A stretch of DNA of 64,000 nt from positions 10,762,978 to 10,826,977 of the forward strand of contig NC_083409.1 of assembly GCF_020745735.1 (NCBI RefSeq), written 5' to 3'. The stretch comes from Hemiscyllium ocellatum (lineage: Eukaryota). Under the pieces are notes generated by a model, which was not told the origin of the DNA, ran no database searches, and saw only the letters and a list, made by a program, of their open reading frames with translations. Positions 48,413 to 59,200 of the stretch are shown here, piece after piece (within the stretch, counting starts at the first letter, position 1; the number at the start of each line of letters is the position of its first letter). A program made the translations under genes and the position numbers.

Positions 48413-48425
48413 NNNNNNNNNNNNN
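48413..48425. other. Assembly gap (13 N)
   Basis: 13 consecutive N; the sequence on the two sides is not continuous with the expected leader intron. Confidence 0.99.
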
Positions 48426-48952
48426 CCCACCCCCAGTTGCTTGGACGAAGTTCTTTGCTGAGCCAGATCATGGGGTCATTAAAAATGGATCATGTCACGG
48501 TGGGGCAGGAGTCACAGACCAGGCACCCTCGCCAAAAGAACATTTGTGAACATCACATTGAATTTCATGTCTTTTTTTGTACAAATTCCAGCACCTTCCT
48601 TTCCAGATATTACTTTGCTCACCACCGCCCTCTCCAGGACAATTAGGGGAAGGCAACCAATAACCAACACGTCAACGCCTGCCCCATCCCGGGAGAAATC
48701 AGGAGAAATGATGTAAAATTAAAATGATCAAACTGGTGAGGCTTGAATTCATCTCTTTGAAAGACTGGACTCTCGGTCAGAAACAGAGCCATGACATGGG
48801 TGAACCTGGTTTGTCAGACTGAAAGGTGGAGAGTCCTTTGGATTGACGCTGGGATCAGCAAAAAAATGAATTGCACTCAAAGATTGAACAAACAGCTATC
48901 AAAGTGGGTCACCAAACTGCAGAGTACAGCACTTGCAGCGACGCGTCCCCAC

Positions 48953-49258
48953 CACGGTGGCACAGTGGTTAGCACTGCTGTCTCACAGCGCCTGAGACCC
49001 GGGTTCAATTCCCACCTCAGCGACTGACTGTGTGGAGTTTGCACGTTCTCCCCCGTGTCTGCGTGGGTTTCCTCCGGGTGCTCCGGTTTCCTCCACAGTC
49101 CAAAGATGTGCGGGTCAGGTGAATTGCCGTGCTAAATTGCCCTTAGTGTTAGGTAAGGGTCAAATGTAGGGGTATGGGTGGGTTGCGCTTCGGCGGGTCG
49201 GTGTGGACTTGTTGGGCCGAAGGCCTGTTTCCACACTGTAAGTAATCTAATCTAATCT
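48953..49258 (+). mobile_element. Young, intact HE1-type V-SINE
   Basis: A box TGGCACAGTGG, B box GGTTCAATTCC, full V domain, many intact CpGs, (AATCT)n tail. Confidence 0.92.
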
Positions 49259-50119
49259 CTCTCCTTGCTGTTGCCCTTCCCTAACTGTCCTGGAGAGGGC
49301 GGTGGTGAGCCATGAGTTTCTTGAAGAGAATCTGACAGAGGGACAAGGTCATGTCCTCGGCCTGAGCACAACTGCCTGACCTGCTGTGCTTTTCCAGCAC
49401 CACACTTTTTGACTCTGAGTAAACTATCCTTCAGGAGAATGAGCTGTGGCACATGGGAAAACCTGGGAGTATTGGAAAGGCATCAGCAACCTGGTCAGCC
49501 TGCAGAGGGACAGAAACAGATTTGATGAATGAGATGATATCCTTTCAGAGCTACACAGTTTACATTGTTACTGACGGTGACTCCATGGGCAATGCTCCTG
49601 CTTCAGAGTCAAATGGTCATTGCATTGAAAGCCACCTCAGAAATGAGAACACAGAATCCAGGCTGAGACTGCAGTGAACTCTGACACAATGTTATGTATG
49701 GGATGTTCATTTAAAGCCCCACCAGCACCATCCAGACCCCAATCCCTCCACCTCAGGGGGCTCAACAAGATCCCATTCTGAAGAGATTCCCTCAGGTATC
49801 CTGCTCAATATTCAACTAATGCCACCAAAAGGATTTGTCTCATCATTCGTTTGCTGATTTTGGGACCTCAGCATTTTGTCTTGTGAAGGTGATTGCACTG
49901 TGCAGGCAGCTTTAAATATCCTGGGACGATTACAAAATAACACTGCACCAACAAGTGTTCTCTCTTCCTGTCACATAACAGGGGAGCCAATCAGTAACTG
50001 AAAATCCACACTGAAGGCAAACACTGAAGCTTCAGCTGAAAGGCTTTTTGTACCACGTTAACCTGCACCCTGGGCATTTCCTTCCAGTGTCCGAGATGGT
50101 TACCAGGCTGGGATGGAGG

Positions 50120-51610
50120 CTTACAGGAGGCTGGAAGAACACAGCAAGTCAGGCAGAATCTGGAGGTGGAGCAGTCAACATTTCGGGTATAACCCTTCTT
50201 CAGAACTGCAGGTGGGGGTAGGGGGGGCTGCAAATCAAGGTGGGATCGGTTGTTTGCGTGGGTGGAGGGGAATGGTGGAGTGGAAGGTATTGATGGATGA
50301 ACACAGGTAGAGGGTTGGAAGTGCTTAGTCGATGGGAGGAATGAATCCATATGGTGGCTGGAAGGGAGGGTCCGTAAGTGGAATAGAATGGAGGAGGGGG
50401 ACTGGAAAGGGAGTCGAAAGTTGGGAAAGGCAGGCTTTTTGAAACTGGAGAACTCAATGTTGATTCCTCTGGGTTGTAAGCAACCCCGGGCAAAAGATAA
50501 TTATTTGTTCCTCCAATTTGCAGTCTGATTGCTTATGGTAATGGAGGAGGCAGAGGATAGTCATGTCAGAGAGGGAATAGGAAGGGGAATTGAAATAGGC
50601 AGTGACTGGGAGGCCAGGTCAGCCTTTGTGAGCATGGCTGAGATGCTCATCAAAACATGTCCTTAGTTTACGTTTGGTCTCACCGATGCAGAGAAGACCA
50701 CAACGGGTGCACCGGATACAATAAACTAGGTTGGAGGAGAGGCAGGTGAACCTCTGTCTGACCTGGAAGGACTGGGGCCCTGAATGGAAATGACAGGGTT
50801 TGGTGTGTGGGCAGGTTTTGCATCTTTTACAGTTGCAGGGGAAGGTACCAGGGTTTTGTTGGGGAGGAGGGGGTAGGTGTGAAGTGTGGTGAAAACCAAG
50901 GATTGGCAAAGGGAACAGTCCTTGTGGAAGGCAGAGAGGGTGGGGAGGGGAAGATGTTCTTGATAGTGGGGTCGAGCTGGAGTTGTCAGAATTGTTTGAG
51001 GATGATACGTTGGATGCGGAGATTGATTGGACGTAAGGTGAAGACAAGGGGGACCCTGTCTCTATTGCATTTTGGAGGGGAGTGTTTAGATTTGGGGAGC
51101 AGGGAATGGAGGAGGTGCGGTGGAGGGCTTTCTGGATGGCAGAGGTGGGAAAAGTACATTGTTCAAAATAAGTGGACATCTGGGACACTTGGGAGGGGAG
51201 CATCTCCTCGTTCGAGCAGATATCAATGAGATGGAAGAATTGGGAAAACGGGATGGTGTTCTTGCAGGATACTGGTTGGGAGGAGGTGTTGACCAGGTAG
51301 TTGTGTGAGTCTGTGGATTTACAGTAAATGTCTGTTCCTAGACTGTCACCGGAGATGGAAATGGGGCAGTCAAGAAAGGAGAGGGATTTGTCCAAGATAG
51401 ACTACGTGAATTTGAGGGTAGGTTGGAAGTTGTTAGCAAAGTCGATGAACAGCTCCAGTTCAGCCTGAGTGCAGGATGCAGTACTGATGGAGTCACTGAT
51501 GTAATGGTGGATGATTTGGGGAATGGTGCCTGTGCATGTACTGGTGAGGTGTTGTTTGATGTAGCCGACAACAAGCAGACATAGCTGGGATCCATGGCCA
51601 CCCACTGGAT
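50120..51610 (-). mobile_element. Penelope-like element (RT C-terminal part + GIY-YIG endonuclease + terminal repeat)
   Basis: ELELFIDFANNFQPTLKFT; SLSFLD..DIYCKSTDSHNYL; CNCKRCKTC; FTCLSSNLVYCIRCTRCGLLCIGETKRKLRTCFDEH. Confidence 0.9.
50172..50208 (-). ncRNA. Minimal type I hammerhead ribozyme motif in the Penelope terminal repeat
   Basis: 5'-CAGUU CUGAAGA A GGG-UUAUA-CCC GAAA UGU U GACUG-3': core CUGANGA/GAAA, stem II GGG/CCC, stem I CAGUU/GACUG. Confidence 0.65.
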
Positions 51611-53298
51611 TTGGAGGAAATGGGAAGAGTTGAAGGAAGCTGACAGATCACATGGAAATGTTTGGAAAAGGTTCACAAGGACACAGTCCAGGCTTCCTGC
51701 AAATATCAGCCTTCCTTCTATTGTAGTGCTTCTTCATAGGAGCTTCTCTATGGCGGTTTCAAGTACACATCCTCCGTGGAAATATCACAGACTTTCTGAA
51801 ATGGAATGAACTGAAAGAAGAGAAGGAAATGGGAAGAATTAACCAGACAAGGGTGTGCATCAAGAGAGATGGGAGTGTGTGGGAGACTCTGTGCCATTAA
51901 AAAATCCCAAAGGAGTTTCACAAGAAAAGCTCAAATCTTTACAAGGATTTAACAGGGAGATGACTTACTGACATCAAACAGGTTGGGTGTTAGGGACCCT
52001 GTGCCTCTGGTGCCTAACTCTATATGAGACAATACAGTCAAGGATGGTTGATGTGTAAATAAAGGGTGACTTGATGATGTGGAGTTATTTCATGATCAAT
52101 GACCGCGGGCATAGATTTAAGGGAAATGGCAGAAGATTAAGAGGGAATGTGAGGAAACATGCTTTCATGCAGAAGGTGGTGGTAATTTGTAACTTGCTTT
52201 CTGTAAGGGTAGTTGAGGCAGAAGCTCTCCCATAACATTGACGTACTTTGATGTGCAGCTGTGATGCCAAGGTTTACAGGGCTGCGGGCCAACTGCTGGA
52301 ACATGGAATTAGAATAGTGAGGTGGTTGTTCGGCTGGCTTTGGCTCATTGGGCCGAAGGGCCTTGTTCTTGTAGACCTGTTGTAGACATCTGACTCTGCC
52401 AGGACTCCAGCAATGTGGCTGACCCTTACCTGCCATTTGAAAGGCCAAGCAAGCCACTCAGTTTCAGGGCAGTTAGGGATGGGAACAAATGCTGGTCTTG
52501 TCAGTGACACCCACATCCCAGGAAAGAATAGACGGCCTCAGTGATAACACCGTCACCTGAACCTGCAGGTTTCAAGCACCACTCCAGACACTGGAGCACT
52601 ATCCTGAGGCTGGCAAAGGTAAAGACGCCATCTGCTGGATGATCGGTTAAACCACTGCCCTCTCAGGTCAATGTGAATAAAAGGGCTTTGTGACCATCTC
52701 AGGAAAACTCTCCCCAGTGTGCTGACTAATGCTTCTCTTATCACAGATACAAGAGTAAAATACAGCAAATCTCAAATAAAACAAGATGCTGGAAAGGGAA
52801 CAGGTGCAGCCACATTAGAGAGAGGAGGTAATAATGTTTTGGATTCAGTGATGTTTTATCAAAAAGAAGCCACAGTTTTTGATGATTTTATTTCATTTTA
52901 ACCTGTTTTATGTTATTTTGTTTATTTAAATCTTGTTTATCAAATTGCAGCCGGCTTGATTGGCACCACATCGACATATATCCATTGCCTCCACACTGAC
53001 CCTCAGTAACAGCTGTGAGCACTATCTACAAGATACATTGCAGAGGTTCAGCAAAGATCCTGAGAGAGCACCTTCCAAACCCATGACCACGTCCATCAAG
53101 AAGGACATGGTAGCAGATACACAGGAACACCACTCTTTGCAAGTTCCCCTCATTGAAATATATCGCTGTTCCTACATTGTTATTGGGTCAGACTCATGGA
53201 ATTCCCTTCCTCAGCACATTGTGGGTCTACCTACAGCACACAGACTGTAACAGTTCGAGAAAGCAGCTCAGCGCCACTGTGTACATGACAATGAGAGA

Positions 53299-56200
53299 TG
53301 GACAGTAACAAGGCTGGTGCAAAGTAAGAGCAGGTGTGATTAGGGATCTGAAAGTGCGAATGTGATGTTTCAGTTCTTCCTGGACATCTCAAGGTTTGTA
53401 TGAACTTTTGGTCTCCTAATTGCAGAAAGAATATAAATCCATTGGAAGTGTTTCAGAGGAGTTTTATCCGACTGATCCCTGGTATGAGGGGGCTGTGTGG
53501 TGAGGAAGGATCGGAAAGGCTGGCCTTGATCTCACTGGAGTTTCAAAGAGTGGGGGGTTTTCCTGTCCCACTGTATTCTCCAAACCCTTACCTGACCCCC
53601 TCTTGGGTCATACCCTCCTGCCCCTTACTAACATGGAATTGGACTGCCCAGTCCTGAGGCTTACACCTTCCATCTGGAACAAAGTCTCCAGGTAGCTCTG
53701 ACCCTCCCTGATGTATCAGGATTCTTACAACTCAGCTTCCAATCGAAACCCCCTGAGTGGGAGTTGCTGTAGATTTATACAGTCACTACAGATGTATTTA
53801 CCCTGAATCATTTCAGTTTAATGAACAAATGCTGATCCCACTTACAAATGAAAGAAATCAATTCTTTCATGAAACTAGTAATTGTCCTCAGTCTCTGGAT
53901 CAATGTTTCAGTGCTTTTCATTTCTAGGATTTCCCTATTTGAGGTTTCCTAAGCATACTATTGATATGGTTCCTTACACAAAGCTCTTCCCAGCTGATCT
54001 GGTCAACAGACTCCTGTCCCCTTGTTTATTATTTTGCTATTTTCAAACCAAGTGCATGTGCAGGCTCCCATCAGCTGAAGTGACAGTTCCAAACCAGTTT
54101 GGAAAAGCAAAAGTAGACCTCCTTCCCCCAGTTCACCGAACTCCCACATTGACCAAACCTCCCAGCATCCCCCTCTGTGCCAGCTGCACTGAGTGCCAAC
54201 TGCAGGATATAGGCTGCCCTGTATTTATACTGGTGCTAATTGATATCACTTTGTTCTGTCGTGCTATTAGAGTCATAGAGACAGCACAGAGACAGAGCCT
54301 TCGGTTCAACTTGTCCACGCTGACCAGATATCCCAACGCAATCTAGTTCCACTTGCCAATGCTCAGGATCTGGGTTAAGTTAGATCATTTCTCAGTCTGA
54401 AGCTTCCTTCTTTCAGCCTGAGAAATACGTTACTTTTATAACCAACAAATGTGACTTTAATGCTGGAATCTGTTTTGAAGATTAATGGGCTCAATGGTTT
54501 GATTCAATGTGGTAAGATAAGAAATATCTGTGTCACTTGCTGTAATTCAGTCTTCTCTAACCAATCTCTTCAGGGGCCAGGATGAGTGTGAGGAGATTGG
54601 GTTTTGATGGAACTACCCACAGACTCAAGTCAAAAGAAGCAAAGCAAGAAAGACAGGTGGATCGAATACAAGAGAGCACATTATGAGAGAAAACCAAAGG
54701 AGAGAGTGACAACACTGAATTGCTTCTTGTGTCATCCTCTGCGCCCTTACGTTTCACAGTGTCAGCTCCACATCCTTCCATTGGCTTTGTCATTGAGAGC
54801 CAACGGTTCCTTTCCCACAGCCCTTTTTAAAATGGCCTGCCCAGGGAATCACTCAGACAGAGAATATTCACCTTTTCTGGGAAGGTTGGAGTAATATTGG
54901 ATGTCGATGAGCTGCTTTCTCAGCCTTCAGGGTCTGACAGAAGGATGTGTGTAGGCTGTGGATTCTGGAGACAGATCACTGAGATGTTCCTCACTCCCAT
55001 CAACACCTGACTTTATCCTGAAATCAGTTTCTATTCTTCATTATAAAGTACCCCCACCAGTTTCAGACTAGACATTTCACACCCAGCCCCCATTTCCTCA
55101 CATTGGAATCAAGAACCAAACTTGCCCCATCTCAGGATTGCCCTCTGAATGTGGTGTCAGTATGCTAATGCTGTGTTTGATGAAAGAGCCACAGTGGAAT
55201 CTGGGACTGAATCCAAGGGTTTCTGATCCACCAGCAGCCTCCTTGCTGTGTGATATTCTGTTTGGATAAGATTTCAGCCCCATGGTTCCCACTGATACGA
55301 GAACCATGGAGTAAGATTGCTGGAGCCACGTGTGGACTGAGGAACACAACAGTCAGGACAATGAGCTGCTCTGGAATCCATCCTGAGCCCTGGATGGTTG
55401 TCACTGAGATGGTCCAGGGGCTACAGAATATGACAGCAGAAAGTGGAACCAGTTTATCATTGACTGTACCCCCCAAGCCATGACTCCCAGACTGAACATT
55501 CTCAATCTGACTCCAGGGGGACACAGGGCAATTCCATCTCATTTGAAGAGTAAAGAAAACCCAGGTCTAATTTATGGAATATTATTACCCAAACCCTGTC
55601 GAATTGTTATTTTGAGTTCCAAGATTCTGCTGATCATATTGATCAATAGAGTGTCCCCAGTGACCCTGATCTGAATTGCTTGGCTCAGGATCTTGCTGTC
55701 CCTGATGGATGGGTTGGTGTGGAGGGGGAATTGCCATCAGAATATTTTGTTCCAGGGATGGATCAAGTTAGTATAGTGGATGACAAGGTGGCTCAGTGGT
55801 TAGCACTGCTGCCTCATAGTGCCAGGGATCTGCGTTTGATCCCTGCCTCAGCAGAATATCTATGTGGATTTTGCACATTCTCTCCAAATACAAATCAAAC
55901 ACTGTATGGAATATTTACTTTGCAAACCCTGTGGTATTGTTATTCTGGGTAGTAAGATCCTGCTGGTCAAATTGATCAATAAAATGCGAACTGAACTGCT
56001 TGGCTCGGGATCTTGCTGTGCTGAAAGGATGTGTTGGTGTTCAGGGGAATTCCTATCAGATTATTGTGTTCCCCATTGCCGCCTCTATTCTCCCCTTCCT
56101 GCTCCATACCTGGGGGTGGGGTGGAGCTTTTCACTTCGTACACCTATCCCTGAGGACTCAGCTCTGGCCATTCCCAAAGCACACACAGAGACAGAGACTG

Positions 56201-59200
56201 AATCTTCTTCATCTTTGTTCCCTTTTCCAGATTGACATTGACAGAAAACAGTCAGCAATTAACAGCCCAGACAGAGGAAGCTGCACAAATTCACAGCCAC
56301 AATAGAGCTTGAGGAAAACACTTGTGGAGATTTTCTCAATAACATGAGAATCCTGTCCCTTTAAACAGTGACAAAACCTTAAATTGGAACTGGCAGCTGA
56401 GCAGAAAGGAGGTCTGTTTTACTGAAACAGAGACTTTTGAGGTTCACATTGTTTTTGCACAGCTGACAGTCTTCAGCATCTTTGGAGAGGTTTTACTTGA
56501 CATCGCAAGTTAACACTGTCCCCATCAAACACATCCAGGTCAGGGAAAGCATGGGACTAGATAAAGAGTAAAGTTTTCTCTACACTATCCCAACGACCAG
56601 CCTTAACCCCTGAAGCTCAGAAGTATCTCCAAGCCAGTCCTGAGAAGGAAGAGAGTTGAAATCAGTGCTGACAATGACCTTTGACCTGCCAGCTCAGCCC
56701 TGTTCTATTTAAAGTTGTGTCTCCTCTGTGGACTGTCTCAAACACTCTACACACATTCTGATCTCCTGATGCTCTTGCTGAGGGGAGAGGGGAGGGTCAC
56801 GTGGTGAGGGCACAGGAGAAGCGAGCGTTGGACTCCCAGTCAGACCCAGAGAGGGTCAGCAGGCTGCTGACACTGTAGGTGCTGTCCGAAGCTCGCAGGT
56901 AGTTGCTGGTCTGAACCCCATCCGAAATGACTGCACCGTCCTTCTTCCACTGCACCTCCAGCTCATCGGGATAGAAGTGATTGGCAAGGCACACCAGGGT
57001 GGCAGTGCTCTTGGCATTGACCTGCTCCGGGGAGGGGGGCAGCAGGGTCAGCTTGGGCTGAGAGTTGTCACGGACTGAAAGACAAGAGAAACAATTTTAT
57101 TCCCTGCCTTTTGAAGGTACATAAACTCTCTGAACATTAACTGCTAAAACGTTTGAACATTTGTACCCAGTACCTAGCAGACCTGACAAAGCACTGGCAT
57201 TTTAAAAATTGCTTTTTGGGACATGTACGGCACTGGCAGAGCCAGTCGCTGCCCATCCCTAACTGTCTCTGAGAAGGTGATGGTGACGCAGCAGAAAGAT
57301 AAGGGACAGTCCTGGACCACCATTTGAGGAATGAATGTGGGCAGCTGGAAGGGCTATCAATGTGGGAGCATTTTAGTGACAGTGATCGGACCTCAGTGAG
57401 ATTGAGAATAGGGATGGAAATGGAGAACCGTGGAGCAAGTGTAAAAGTTTTGATTTGGGAACAATCCATTTTACCAAACTGTGTGGTAATTTGATAAAAG
57501 AGTACTGGAACCATCGCCTTGATGGGAGATCAGTGACAGGGCAGTGGGAGGTCTCCAAGGATGAGACAGGCACAGCGATCATTCATATTCTTTTCCCAAA
57601 AGCGTAAGAGTGGCACTCCCAAAAAGAGAGTCTCAGCAAAGATGTGAAACTATCGATATGATGTGGAGGCTCTGGTGTCCGACTGGGGTGGACATGTTCA
57701 GGAGTCACATGACACCAGGTTACAGTCCAACAGGTTTATTTAAAATCACGAGCTTGTGAGACGCTGCTCCATCTTCAGGTGAAGCGACTTCAGTGCTGAA
57801 GGAACAGAGCTCTGAAAGCTTGTGATTTGAAATAAGCCTGTTGGATTATAACCCGCTGTCGTGTGACTTCTGACCTCAAATGAAGCCCAGTTAGAGCACA
57901 ATGAGAGAACTGTGTGCAGTTCTGGTCACCACATTGCAGGAAGGATGTGATCCCCCTAGATATGGGGAGAGTGGAGGGTTTTGTCAGGAATGAGGAGAAT
58001 TAGATTTGAGGAATGATTGGTTTGGCTGGGACTGGTTTCTTTGGAACACAGGAGGCTGAGGGGAGATTTGATCGATGGTGTGTAAAATGATGAGGGGTCT
58101 GGATAGAGTGGGTAGGAAGGACTGATTTCCATCAGCACAGAGGGCAATAACCATGGGGAGAGATTGAAATGAATTGGGGGCAGGGTTCGAGGGGAGTTGA
58201 GGAGTAATTGTTTCACCCAGTGGCTGGTGGGATCAGGACCTCACTAGCTGAAAGGATGAGAGCGGCAGAAACCCTCATCACATTGAAAAAACACTTGGAT
58301 ATTCACTTGAAACATCAAAGCCTCCAGAGCTATGGAGCAAGAGCTGGTATGTGGGGTGGAGTTCGACAGCTCTATAACAAACCTCCGATCACTCACAGCT
58401 CGGGAGAACTTTATCCAACAACATTGGAACAGAGTTGGATCAGCACACTTCAGGAAGGAGTCACGTTGGGTGTCCATGTAGAAGGTTCTAGATTTTGTTT
58501 CAAACCTTTCAGCTCAGCGCTGGGTAAGGTCAAATGTGAGGGTGCAAAGAGTCTCAGTGTCTTGGGATCAAACAGTGTCACTGCTCTTAATGATCCCATG
58601 TTCCCTGGAAGATGGAAGCGTGTATCCAATGGGCAAGGGTCAGGTTCAGGAGACTCCAACCTCAAAGAAAGACTTGCATTTATGTTGCACCTGCCTCCAC
58701 CTAAGGATGTCGCAGTGGCTCTTTCCATCAGACTGTGCTCAGCAAGATCCCAGAGAGCTGGGTGACAATGAGGCGAGGATCCGATTTTTAGTGATGCTAA
58801 TTAGGGAATCAATATTGACCAGGACACCAGGAGACACCGTCCTGCTGTCTGTCTAATAGAGCCATGGAATGGCATCTCTGATATCTGAAAGGTTCCGAGT
58901 GCATCAAAAGAGAGACTTGTATGTCAGGCTCTCCCAAAGCATTTACAGAGAGTGAGGGACTTGTCTGGACACTGGTCACTGTTGTAATGCAGAAAACATA
59001 ATTTGCACACAGCAATATTGCACAAACATAAATGAGATTACGAAGCATGTTCAGTGATGTTTCAGGGATAAATATTGACCTGAAGTCAACCCAAAGAGAA
59101 AGCAAATGGGTTCACTTGCACAGAATGTGAGAAAATGAAAGGCACAGAAGGTGGGAGTCGTGGTTAGTGATGGGTTTGATTGTTACCAGAAAATAAGAGG

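Noticed and set aside
48960-49000. CACAGTG heptamers in V-SINE heads (also 39668, 29805) and at 1454, 1890, 13286, 20038 as cryptic RSS
   Set aside because: Where I checked the 12- and 23-nt positions there is no nonamer-like sequence.
48953-49015. tRNA gene
   Set aside because: The A/B boxes belong to the tRNA-derived head of a V-SINE followed by the V domain and LINE-like tail; no cloverleaf.
50619-51395. Longest ORF (258 aa) as a cellular gene
   Set aside because: It is the frameshifted RT-thumb/GIY-YIG region of a Penelope-like retroelement.
48426-53298. V, J or C of the inverted gene continuing after the gap
   Set aside because: No Ig-like frame, FGxG motif or RSS found on either strand; this is TE-rich 3' flank of C copy 2.
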